Shown: piece by piece, positions 9,343 through 18,370 of the stretch | Numbering within the stretch: the stretch's first letter is position 1 | Layout: every line of letters starts with the position of its first letter | DNA from: an uncultured Hyphomicrobiaceae bacterium | GTDB lineage: Bacteria; Pseudomonadota; Alphaproteobacteria; Rhizobiales; CALHAX01 | Length of the DNA: 64,000 nt | Assembly (NCBI GenBank): GCA_937931785.1 | Contig: CALHAX010000008.1 | Location: forward strand, 7,892 to 71,891 | Direction of reading: 5' to 3' | The notes under the pieces: generated by a model | Told to the model about the DNA's origin: nothing | Databases searched by the model: none | What the model saw: the letters and a program-made list of their open reading frames with translations, nothing else | Translations under genes and position numbers: made by a program

Positions 9343-9974
9343 CAGATTGCAGAGCCTTGTCCGGCGGTGTCGTCAAGTGTAGCCGCCTCCGCCATGGCGA
9401 AGAACTGCCCCCCACTCCAGACACCGAAATGCGCGACGCCCTCAATCGATAACTCGGTGCCAAGATCGACGAGATCATAGTATAACGCGCGCGTCACGCG
9501 TGCCTCCAGATCATTGCGAATAAGCACATAGGGTTTGAGGCCACCATGCGGGCCTTCCAACGCAAAACGCAGCACATGTTCCGCACCGGTCACAACCACG
9601 TCGTCCACGTTTGTGCGCCAGATCAAATCCTGCATGGTTCCGCTTCCGCGAATTTCCATTTCTACTGCCATGAATGGTGCGTCAACCACGCGAACGGGCA
9701 CTTTTTCAATCGGCGTCACGACGAAGTAGTGTCCGTCGTCTTCGCGGCGCAGGACACTGGCAAAGAGCTTCACCAGCGCGGTCCGCTCGATCGGGCTTCC
9801 TTCGTAAGTCCAGGCGCCATTGCGTTGAATAGCAAGGCCGATATCCGGGCGGGCAGGCGGGTCCCACAGGTGTATCGGTGGACGCGCCGTGTTGCCGTCA
9901 TTCGCGAGCATTTCTTCCAGCCGGGTCAGGGCCATCGCGGTGCATGCTGTCGATTGTTTGGCAGGGGCTGTCAT
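9342..9974 (-). CDS. DUF1285 domain protein
   Basis: PPIHLWDP, W.YEGSPI.R..LVKLFASVLRR, VTPIEKV...V.DAPF, TNVDD, PY. Confidence 0.9.
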   Translation of the reverse strand: MTAPAKQSTACTAMALTRLEEMLANDGNTARPPIHLWDPPARPDIGLAIQRNGAWTYEGSPIERTALVKLFASVLRREDDGHYFVVTPIEKVPVRVVDAPFMAVEMEIRGSGTMQDLIWRTNVDDVVVTGAEHVLRFALEGPHGGLKPYVLIRNDLEARVTRALYYDLVDLGTELSIEGVAHFGVWSGGQFFAMAEAATLDDTAGQGSAI

Positions 9975-10035
9975 AGTGCAATTGGCGCACGTTGGCAGAT
10001 GAGGTCAATGGGGGTGTGCCAAAATGCAAGCAGTT

Positions 10036-10081
10036 AAAAAATGGCGGCCCCTCGGTCTTGGGGGAAAAGGAGCCGCCATTT
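10036..10081 (-). terminator. Rho-independent terminator (minus strand)
   Basis: Minus strand reads AAATGGCGGCTCC-loop-GGGGCCGCCATTT, ending in a T6 run. Confidence 0.75.
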
Positions 10082-10295
10082 AGGACCCCGCTGCCCGATG
10101 TTACAGGCACTTGGAGCAAGCCCATCACAACGGTGATGCATCGCATTTGGTCTGCCGTTCGCTAGCATGACCAAAACCGAACTGCTGACCCGGGGGGAGG
10201 AGAGAATTGCCAGCCCGACACAACACTTGCGATCCGCAAGGGCTCTGTCATCGAATCAATCACAGACCCGTGGGTTCCACATCCCCCAAATGGGT
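10036..10295 (-). ncRNA. Candidate multi-hairpin sRNA with C-rich (anti-SD-like) loops
   Basis: At least six consecutive stem-loops. Three stems have G.U pairs on the minus strand that are C/A mismatches on plus. One loop is CUCUCCUCCCCCC. Ends in a terminator. The 5' end is a guess. Confidence 0.5.
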
Positions 10296-10430
10296 TGCTT
10301 TTCAACAATCAGCATAAATATTTACATAAAAGCGTCTGGCAGGATGGAAAGGCAATCAGGGACGTGGTTCCAGGAGACGCCTTGGAATTGCGTCTCTTGA
10401 ACTCACACGCCCAGTTCGAGGAAGCTTGTC

Positions 10431-11090
10431 CTAGCCTTTGGGCTGATCTGTATAGCGCAGGTAGGGTTTCGGTTGATCAAAGCTACCGAAGCGCTCCTTG
10501 GCATCCGCGTCCGACACGGCTGCGGTTATGATCACCTTGTCGCCCGGCTGCCACTGTGCCGGTGTTGCAACCTGATGTTTTGCCGTAAGTTGCATGCTGT
10601 CGATGACCCGAAGAATTTCGTCAAAGTTTCGACCTGTTGTCATCGGATACGTCAGCGAAAGTTTGATTTTCTTGTCCGGACCGATCACGAAGACCGAGCG
10701 CACCGTTGCATTGTCAGCTGGTGTGCGCCCCTCTGACGAGTCGCCTTCAGAAGCTGGCAGCATGTCGTAAAGTTTCGCCACCTTGAGTTCCGGGTCTGCA
10801 ATCAGCGGATAGTCCACGGCGTGACCGGTGACATCCTTGATGTCCTGTTTCCACGCGTGATGGCTCTCGACCGGATCGACAGATATGCCGATGATCTTGC
10901 AATTTCGCTTGTCGAACTCACCGGCAAGTCCTGCCATATAGCCGAGTTCCGTCGTGCAGACCGGAGTGAAATCCTTCGGGTGCGAGAACATGATGGCCCA
11001 CCCGTCACCAATCCAGTCGTGAAACGCGATCTCACCGGCTGTTGTTTCAGCAGTAAAGTCGGGGGCGACATCGTTAATGCGTAGGGCCAT
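10431..11090 (-). CDS. 1-Cys peroxiredoxin (Prx6 family)
   Basis: FSHPKDFTPVCTTELG, YPMTTGRNFDEILR, ATPAQW. AAGGAG RBS before the ATG at 11090. Confidence 0.95.
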   Translation of the reverse strand: MALRINDVAPDFTAETTAGEIAFHDWIGDGWAIMFSHPKDFTPVCTTELGYMAGLAGEFDKRNCKIIGISVDPVESHHAWKQDIKDVTGHAVDYPLIADPELKVAKLYDMLPASEGDSSEGRTPADNATVRSVFVIGPDKKIKLSLTYPMTTGRNFDEILRVIDSMQLTAKHQVATPAQWQPGDKVIITAAVSDADAKERFGSFDQPKPYLRYTDQPKG

Positions 11091-11330
11091 ATCGTGCTCC
11101 TTGTGATGCTTTAGGGAAAGGCCATGCCAGTACCCGCATACCGGCAATGTGCGCCTGGAGGAGCCGGATTGCAAACCTGATATTCTGAACCAGAGGTAAG
11201 AGCCACCGCGACCATTGCACCCTGTCAAGTTAACTGTGTCGCATCGCTGCCAACACGATTGTGACCCAATTCCGTCTCAACCTGTTGCAGAGTGTTCCCA
11301 CGGAGCCCCCAACAGGCGTATACAGACACA

Positions 11331-12329
11331 ATGACACAGCTAAATGAGGCCGATGTAAACATCGTCGGTGAGATCGAAGCAGCAGGCGAGCGCATGACGC
11401 GTGTGCGCGAAGCAGCAGCAACGGTCATTTTCGGACAGGACAAGGTGATTGAGCAGACGCTCATCACGCTTCTTGCGGGCGGCCACGCACTACTGATCGG
11501 TGTGCCGGGGGTTGCGAAAACCTTGCTGGTCGAAACATTGGGATCTGTTCTGGGGCTCGACAATCGTCGCATCCAGTTCACGCCGGATCTTATGCCGTCC
11601 GATATACTGGGCGCTGAGGTGCTGGAAGAGGGCGAAACCGGTCGACGGTCGTTTCGGTTCATCAAGGGCCCGATTTTCACACAGTTGCTCATGGCAGATG
11701 AGATCAACCGCGCCAGCCCGAAAACGCAGTCGGCACTGTTGCAGGCGATGCAGGAAAATCACGTCACGGTTGCGGGCGAACGACACGATGTGCCGCAACC
11801 GTTTCACGTTCTGGCTACGCAGAACCCGCTGGAGCAGGAAGGCACTTATCCACTGCCAGAAGCTCAACTTGACCGTTTCCTTCTGCAAGTGGACGTCAGT
11901 TATCCGGATGAACTCGCAGAGCGTCGCATGCTGTTCGAGACAACGGGGACGGAAACGAAATCGCTTGGGACAATTTATTCGCAAGCAGATTTAGTAGCTG
12001 CACAGCGCCTTGTGAGACAGATTCCGGTCGGTGACCAGGTGGTTGATGCGATCTTGAAACTGGTGCGTTCGGCCCGTCCTGGCGAAGGTGCGGATGAAAA
12101 TGTCGGGAAATATATCGCATGGGGCCCTGGTCCGCGCGCGAGCCAGGCGCTCATGATGGCGACGCGTGCCAAGGCCATGATGGAAGGGCGTTTGTCTCCC
12201 TCCGTTGATGATGTGATTGCACTCGCCGGTCCAGCCTTGAAGCATCGCATGGCACTGTCGTTCGCAGCACGCGCCGAAGGCATCACCATTGACGATGTGA
12301 TTGGTAAGCTCACGGCGCAGATTGATTGA
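11331..12329 (+). CDS. MoxR-family AAA+ ATPase
   Basis: GVPGVAKT, RIQFTPDLMPSDILG, DEINRASPKTQSALL, ATQNPLEQEGTYPLPEAQLDRF. Confidence 0.95.
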   Translation: MTQLNEADVNIVGEIEAAGERMTRVREAAATVIFGQDKVIEQTLITLLAGGHALLIGVPGVAKTLLVETLGSVLGLDNRRIQFTPDLMPSDILGAEVLEEGETGRRSFRFIKGPIFTQLLMADEINRASPKTQSALLQAMQENHVTVAGERHDVPQPFHVLATQNPLEQEGTYPLPEAQLDRFLLQVDVSYPDELAERRMLFETTGTETKSLGTIYSQADLVAAQRLVRQIPVGDQVVDAILKLVRSARPGEGADENVGKYIAWGPGPRASQALMMATRAKAMMEGRLSPSVDDVIALAGPALKHRMALSFAARAEGITIDDVIGKLTAQID

Positions 12330-13369
12330 CAATTGAGCCTCCTCTTTATGGAGGAGGAGTTGAGGTAAGCTTGTCTGAGCCAGTACAGCATCCGACAACG
12401 GCCGAAGCGGCATTGCCGCTGGAGCTGGCGGCGCACGCCTTGACTGACGCGTTGCCGGAGTTGCTGGTGGAGTCCTCGCGAGTGGCGCAGACCGTCATTC
12501 ACGGCATCCATGGGCGGCGCAAATCCGGTCCCGGTGAAACCTTCTGGCAGTTCCGGCAGTTCACGGATGGCGACACCCGAACGCAGATCGATTGGCGTCG
12601 CTCCGGCGCGTCCGATCACCTTTTTATCCGCGAGCGGGAATGGGAAGCCGCGCACTCGGTCTGGTTCTGGCCGGACGTGTCGCCGTCCATGTTGTTTCGC
12701 AGTTCATTGTCACCCATTCTGAAACGTGATCGAGCATTGGTTTTGATGTTCGCACTTGGCGAGCTTCTGGCGCGTGGCGGTGAGCGGGTCGGGATTTTGG
12801 GAGCGATGCCACCGCGTATCGGACGCAACATGATCGAACGCATGGCGCTCGCGGTCGCAAATTGGGACAAGAATGGGGAGGCTCCGAGCTTGCCTCCGGC
12901 TGATGGTCCGGGCCGTCACAACGAGCTCATTCTGATTGGGGATTTTCTGGAACCGCTCGACCTACTCGGCCCGCGTCTTGAAGCGCTGGGTGCACGTGGC
13001 GTGAACGGTCATATCGTCCAGATCGTCGATCCGGCTGAAGAAACCTTGCCCTATGCCGGGCGTGTCGAGTTTGAACCGCTCGAAGCGGGAGCACGAGTCA
13101 TCGCCGATCGGGTCGAGGGGCTTCGAGACGCGTACGCGGAAAAGTTCTCTGCGCATCGTGCCGCGGTGCGTGACCTGGTCCAGCGCTTCGGATGGTCGTT
13201 TCTCGTCCACCATACGGACCGTCCGGCAGAAGAGGCGCTGATCTCCCTGTTCGCGCGTCTTTCAGGCGCCGACGCAGACTACCGTCAGACAAGTGCGAGT
13301 GACGATGCTGCCATATCCGCACAGGACGCCAACCGTACACAGCCTCCTCGCATGGAGGTGGTGAAATGA
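12326..13369 (+). CDS. DUF58 domain protein (start uncertain)
   Basis: G.HGRRKSGPGETFWQFR, IDWRRS, IREREWE. Follows moxR. Confidence 0.92.
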   Translation: MTIEPPLYGGGVEVSLSEPVQHPTTAEAALPLELAAHALTDALPELLVESSRVAQTVIHGIHGRRKSGPGETFWQFRQFTDGDTRTQIDWRRSGASDHLFIREREWEAAHSVWFWPDVSPSMLFRSSLSPILKRDRALVLMFALGELLARGGERVGILGAMPPRIGRNMIERMALAVANWDKNGEAPSLPPADGPGRHNELILIGDFLEPLDLLGPRLEALGARGVNGHIVQIVDPAEETLPYAGRVEFEPLEAGARVIADRVEGLRDAYAEKFSAHRAAVRDLVQRFGWSFLVHHTDRPAEEALISLFARLSGADADYRQTSASDDAAISAQDANRTQPPRMEVVK

Positions 13370-16227
13370 TCGGTGGTCTTGCCTTTGCAAGCCCCTGGTT
13401 GCTTGCCGGTTTGGTGGCGCTTCCTGTGATCTGGTGGTTGCTGCGCACGACGCCACCAAGCCCGAACCGTGTGGCATTCCCGCCAACCCGCATTCTCGAA
13501 GACCTCATCAACCGTGAAAAAACGCCGGCGCGCAGTCCGTGGTGGTTGACGCTAATGCGCATCGCTGCTGCTGCAGCGATCATCTTCGCGCTCGCCGAAC
13601 CGGTCCTCAATCCGACACAACTGGCCGCCGTCAACAATGCACGTCTTGTTCTGGTCGTGGACAATGGCTGGGCTGCTGCCTCACGATGGGATGCACGTCA
13701 GGCAACGCTTGAGCGTGCATTGGCAGGAGCCGAAAGTGCCAGCCAACCTGTGTTGGTTGTGGCTACCGCCGACACAATGGCCCGCGATCGTCTACGTTTC
13801 GTGGATGCGGGGGCCGCGCGTGACCGGGTGGCTGGACTTGAACCGCAGCCGTTTGCATCGGATCGTGGCGCAGCACTGGCGCAACTTAAGGCAGCGATGG
13901 CGTCGTCAGGTACTGCAGCAACGCAATTTGTCTGGCTTGCTGATGGCTACGATTATGGTGGCGCAGCAGAGTTTGCAGCTGGATTGAACGTGCTTGCAGG
14001 TGCGACAGGCGCCGTAACGCTTGTGGCACCGAGTGGTGATACGACAGCTCTGGCCCTGCGCCGTAAATCCGGTGACGCCCGCGCGTTGCAGGCCGAAATT
14101 CTCTCCGTCTCCGCTGCGAGTCCTCGCGCCGGACAGGTATCCGCCCTGAGCCAGAAAGGTCAGCAGATTGCAACGGCAGATTTCACGTTGCCCGCGGGGA
14201 CTGCAAATACCGAAGTCACGTTCCGTCTACCACTCGAAATTCGCAACCAGATCGCGCGACTGGAAATCCAGTCAGAGGCGTCCGCAGGAGCTGTCCATCT
14301 TCTGGATTCGCGCGCCCGCTGGAACAGAGTTGGTCTGATCGCGGGGGCAAATCGCGAAAAGGATCAACCGCTCTTGTCTCCGCTTTACTATCTCGTGCGC
14401 GCACTGAAACCGTTCACGGACGTGGTGGAAAGTCCGGAGCAGAGCACAGCGTTGGCGCTTGACGATCTCCTCAAGCGCCGCGCGTCAACCATCATGTTGG
14501 CGAACATTGGCACCGTAGCCGGGCAATCGGAAACGAAGCTGACAGAGTGGGTGAAGAAGGGCGGTGTTCTTGTTCGCTTTGCCGGTCCCCGACTGGAGCA
14601 GGGCGATGATGGATTACTGCCATCGCCGCTGCGTTTTGGTGGTCGGACATTGGGCGGCGCGCTCTCCTGGAGCGAGCCACAAAAGCTGGCAGCTATGGAC
14701 GAAAAAGGCCTGTTCTCAGGTCTTTCGGCTCGCGATGAAGTTGCGGTACGGCGTCAGGTGTTGGCTGATCCGGCTCAGCTCAGACCGGACACAAAGGTTT
14801 GGGCGCGTTTGGCTGACGGGACACCGCTTGTGACCGCACGCGCGCTGGATCAAGGGTGGCTCGTCTTGTTCCACATCACGGCAAATTCCGACTGGTCAAA
14901 CCTTCCGTTATCGGGTCTCTTCGTGGACATGCTTCGACGCATTCTGACATTGGGAACGGGCACGACATCCGGCAGCACGCCTGCTTCCGCATCGACAGAT
15001 GGCAAAGTCCCGGCTGCCAAAGGAGTTGGCAACCAGACGATCCTTGCGCCGCGCCGTCTTCTGGATGGTCGTGGCTTGCTGGGTCCGCCACCGCCGTCCG
15101 CGAAACCGCTCGCACTCGCAGCGCTGGAAACAACAACACCCGGACCAACGCATCCGCCAGGCTATTATGGCGGTGCCGAAAGTGCGCGTGCACTGAACGC
15201 CATATCCGCGAAGACAGTGCTTACGCCGCTTCCCGAACTGTCCGGTGTAACGCGCAGCGCCTATCAGGGCGGAACAGCCACACCATTGAAACCATGGCTG
15301 TTCCTCGCCGGGCTCGCACTGTTATTGCTTGATGGTCTTGCCGTTCTCTGGCTTTCCGGGCTCCGTCCCCGAGGGAGACGAGCAGTCGTGGCGAGCGGAA
15401 TTATTCTTTCGCTATGGGCAGGCACAGCCGGTTTTTCAACGTCATCTCACGCCCAGAACGTTGACACGGCATCCGCGCTGGAAGCCACTTTAAAAACGCG
15501 TTTCGCCTACGTGATTACCGGCAATAGCGCAATCGATGAAACCAGTCGCTCCGGTCTCTCGGGCTTGACGTTGGTTCTGTCCCGCCGCACAGCCGTTGAA
15601 GCTGGCGCACCGGTTGGTGTCGATATCGCCAAGGATGAACTTGCGTTTTTTCCGATCCTGTACTGGCCTGTCATGCCGGATGCGACCACCTTGTCCGACG
15701 CGATGCTCTCCAAGATCGACGCCTACATGAAGACGGGCGGCATGATCGTGTTTGATACCAAAGACTACGGCAACGGACTGTCCGGTGGATTGGAGGGGAT
15801 GTTCGCTCAAGGTGGTGAAACGCCTCTGCAGCGTATGCTCGGTCGCCTCGATCTGCCACGCCTCGAGCCGGTGCCGCAAGGTCATGTCATGACCAAGTCA
15901 TTTTATCTCCTCAATGAATTTCCCGGGCGTTGGGCCGGGGGAGAAACATGGGTGGAGGCAGGGTCTGCGATCTCTGGCGACAGCGGCGCGCGCGTTGCCC
16001 AGCAAACCGATGGTGTGTCATCGTTGATCGTCACGTCGAACGATCTTGCCTCAGCCTGGGCCATGGATGAGAGCGGCAGCCCATCGTTCGCCGTTGTGCC
16101 GGGGGGCGAATTGCAGCGCGAGATGTCGTACCGCACAGGCGTAAATATCGTCATGTATGCGCTGACAGGGAACTACAAGGCGGACCAGGTGCACGTGCCG
16201 GATCTCCTGAAAAGGCTTGGTCAATGA
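13366..16227 (+). CDS. BatA-like N-terminus plus DUF4159 membrane protein
   Basis: F.SPWLL.GL..LPVIWWLLR..PP, C-terminal R.GVNIVMYALTGNYKADQVH. Confidence 0.9.
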   Translation: MIGGLAFASPWLLAGLVALPVIWWLLRTTPPSPNRVAFPPTRILEDLINREKTPARSPWWLTLMRIAAAAAIIFALAEPVLNPTQLAAVNNARLVLVVDNGWAAASRWDARQATLERALAGAESASQPVLVVATADTMARDRLRFVDAGAARDRVAGLEPQPFASDRGAALAQLKAAMASSGTAATQFVWLADGYDYGGAAEFAAGLNVLAGATGAVTLVAPSGDTTALALRRKSGDARALQAEILSVSAASPRAGQVSALSQKGQQIATADFTLPAGTANTEVTFRLPLEIRNQIARLEIQSEASAGAVHLLDSRARWNRVGLIAGANREKDQPLLSPLYYLVRALKPFTDVVESPEQSTALALDDLLKRRASTIMLANIGTVAGQSETKLTEWVKKGGVLVRFAGPRLEQGDDGLLPSPLRFGGRTLGGALSWSEPQKLAAMDEKGLFSGLSARDEVAVRRQVLADPAQLRPDTKVWARLADGTPLVTARALDQGWLVLFHITANSDWSNLPLSGLFVDMLRRILTLGTGTTSGSTPASASTDGKVPAAKGVGNQTILAPRRLLDGRGLLGPPPPSAKPLALAALETTTPGPTHPPGYYGGAESARALNAISAKTVLTPLPELSGVTRSAYQGGTATPLKPWLFLAGLALLLLDGLAVLWLSGLRPRGRRAVVASGIILSLWAGTAGFSTSSHAQNVDTASALEATLKTRFAYVITGNSAIDETSRSGLSGLTLVLSRRTAVEAGAPVGVDIAKDELAFFPILYWPVMPDATTLSDAMLSKIDAYMKTGGMIVFDTKDYGNGLSGGLEGMFAQGGETPLQRMLGRLDLPRLEPVPQGHVMTKSFYLLNEFPGRWAGGETWVEAGSAISGDSGARVAQQTDGVSSLIVTSNDLASAWAMDESGSPSFAVVPGGELQREMSYRTGVNIVMYALTGNYKADQVHVPDLLKRLGQ

Positions 16228-18344
16228 ACTGGTCCGTTATTTTCAATCCCTATGTGCCGTGGTCGGTTTTGATAGGGCTTGCGATTGTGGCGTTTGTTAT
16301 CGTTGCGCTTTTTGTATGGCAAAAGCGCAAGGGCACATTCTTGCGACTCCTTGGGCTTGCAGCTTTGATTGGCGCACTCGTCAATCCGACCCTCAAGCAG
16401 GAAGAGCGCGAGTTTCTCTCGAACATCGCCGTGGTCGTGATGGACAAGAGCGCAAGCCAGACCATTGCCGAGCGCAAGGCGCAAACAGCGGAGGCGCGCA
16501 AACGTCTCGAAGAACGCCTTGGCAAGATCAAGAATCTGGAAGTGCGTTTCGTCGATGCAGGCCGCACGCAAGACGACGGAAAGTTCGGCACAAAACTTTT
16601 TGATGATCTTGAAAAGGCGCTCAGTGATATTCCCTCAGACCGTCTGGCCGGCATTGTCATGGTCACCGACGGACAAGTGCATGACGTACCGTCAAAGGTA
16701 TCGGCGTTCGGCAAGGACGTGCCGGTGCATGCCCTCCTGACCGGAAAACCTGGCGAATTTGACCGTCGTATCAACGTGGTCCGTGCACCGCGCTACGGCA
16801 TTGTCGGAAGTCAGGCGGAAGTGCGTTTGAAGGTTGAGGTTCAGGGGCGTGGCGGTGCGGCGGCCTCAAGTGGCCAGAAGCCTGCGAAATTGCGTATCAG
16901 ACGCGAAGGAAAACCGGATGAACGGATCACGGTCAGGCCGGGCGAAGAGATTGTCGTGGATTTCGACTTTCCGCACGCCGGTACGAACATCATCGAACTT
17001 GATCTGGAACCGGTGCCGGGTGAACTGACCACGGCCAACAACCGCACGATAATTTCGGCGCAAGGTGTGCGAGAAAACCTCCGCGTTCTTCTGGTTTCAG
17101 GAGAACCGCATGCGGGGGAACGCACGTGGCGCAATCTTTTAAAATCTGATGCCGCCGTCGATCTTGTTCATTTCACGATTCTGCGTCCACCGGAAAAGCA
17201 GGACGGTACGCCAATCAATCAGTTGTCGCTGATTGCATTCCCGACCCGCGAACTGTTTTCGGAAAAACTCCATGATTTCGATCTGGTGATTTTCGATCGC
17301 TACCAGCGCCGGGGCGTGCTGCCGTTGCTGTATCTGCGGAACATCACCCGTTACGTGGAAGATCATGGTGGGGCTGTGCTTGTAGCTGCTGGACCGGATT
17401 ATGCCGAGCCGCTCAGTCTCTATCTTACACCTCTGGCCGACGTACTGCCTGCCGCACCAACCGGACGGGTGATCGAAAAACCCTTCAAGCCAAAAATCAC
17501 AGCAACCGGACATCGCCATCCGGTCACACGTGGATTGCCAGGTGCCGCGCCTCAGGGCTCGGACAAGTCGGCGTCATGGGGCCGTTGGTTCCGTTTGGTC
17601 GAAACGGAAGAACCGCGCGGACAAGTTGTCATGGAGGGAGCTGAGAAGGATCCACTCCTTATTCTCGACCGTCGCGGCAAAGGTCGCGTCGCGCTTCTTC
17701 TTTCGGATCATGCCTGGTTGTGGGCACGAGGGCTTGAGGGTGGTGGTCCGCACACCTCCCTTCTGCGCAGGTTAGGTCATTGGCTGATGAAGGAACCAGA
17801 CCTCGAAGAAGAATTCCTGTCCGCAGTGCGCAAGGGCAAGGCGTTGACCATTGAACGTCGGTCTATGAAAGATGTCGTTGGCGACGTCACAATAACCGGA
17901 CCAGATGGCGTTACCCGCAACGTGAAGCTTGAAAAGGTCGAGGCAGGATTGTGGCGCGGATCGTATGACGCGGAAACACCGGGTCTTTATAAACTTACAT
18001 CAGACGAGTTGACGGCAGTCGCGCGCGCAGGAGATCCGAATTCCCGTGAAATGTCGGAAGTCACAGCGACCGATGAAAAACTGAAACCTGTTCTTGAGGC
18101 AAGTGGAGGGGGAACATTCTGGTTGCGTGATACAGGCATCATCTCGACACAGTCCATCGCGGTCCCGCGTGTGAGTATGCTGCGGTCAGCCAAGGTCATG
18201 AGCGGTTCTGGCTGGATGGGCCTGCGCGATCGGCGCGCCTTCCTGACGCGGGGTGTGAAGCTTTACCCGTTGTTCACCGGGTTTCTAGCACTCGCGGCAT
18301 TGTTGCTGCTGATATCAGCAATGTGGTGGCGCGAAGGGCGGTAG
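16224..18344 (+). CDS. Membrane protein with vWA-like and glutamine-amidotransferase-like domains (moxR operon partner)
   Basis: VMDKSASQ, VTDGQVHD, LLVSGEPHAGERTWRNLLKSD..VDLVHFTILRPPEKQD, C-terminal TM ending WWREGR. Confidence 0.85.
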   Translation: MNWSVIFNPYVPWSVLIGLAIVAFVIVALFVWQKRKGTFLRLLGLAALIGALVNPTLKQEEREFLSNIAVVVMDKSASQTIAERKAQTAEARKRLEERLGKIKNLEVRFVDAGRTQDDGKFGTKLFDDLEKALSDIPSDRLAGIVMVTDGQVHDVPSKVSAFGKDVPVHALLTGKPGEFDRRINVVRAPRYGIVGSQAEVRLKVEVQGRGGAAASSGQKPAKLRIRREGKPDERITVRPGEEIVVDFDFPHAGTNIIELDLEPVPGELTTANNRTIISAQGVRENLRVLLVSGEPHAGERTWRNLLKSDAAVDLVHFTILRPPEKQDGTPINQLSLIAFPTRELFSEKLHDFDLVIFDRYQRRGVLPLLYLRNITRYVEDHGGAVLVAAGPDYAEPLSLYLTPLADVLPAAPTGRVIEKPFKPKITATGHRHPVTRGLPGAAPQGSDKSASWGRWFRLVETEEPRGQVVMEGAEKDPLLILDRRGKGRVALLLSDHAWLWARGLEGGGPHTSLLRRLGHWLMKEPDLEEEFLSAVRKGKALTIERRSMKDVVGDVTITGPDGVTRNVKLEKVEAGLWRGSYDAETPGLYKLTSDELTAVARAGDPNSREMSEVTATDEKLKPVLEASGGGTFWLRDTGIISTQSIAVPRVSMLRSAKVMSGSGWMGLRDRRAFLTRGVKLYPLFTGFLALAALLLLISAMWWREGR

Positions 18345-18370
18345 TTTGCCTTCGCGCCTTGACGTGCAGG

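Noticed and set aside
11331-18344. moxR-DUF58-DUF4159-membrane protein operon as a novel system
   Set aside because: A widespread, conserved alphaproteobacterial operon. Its function is poorly known but nothing here is unusual.
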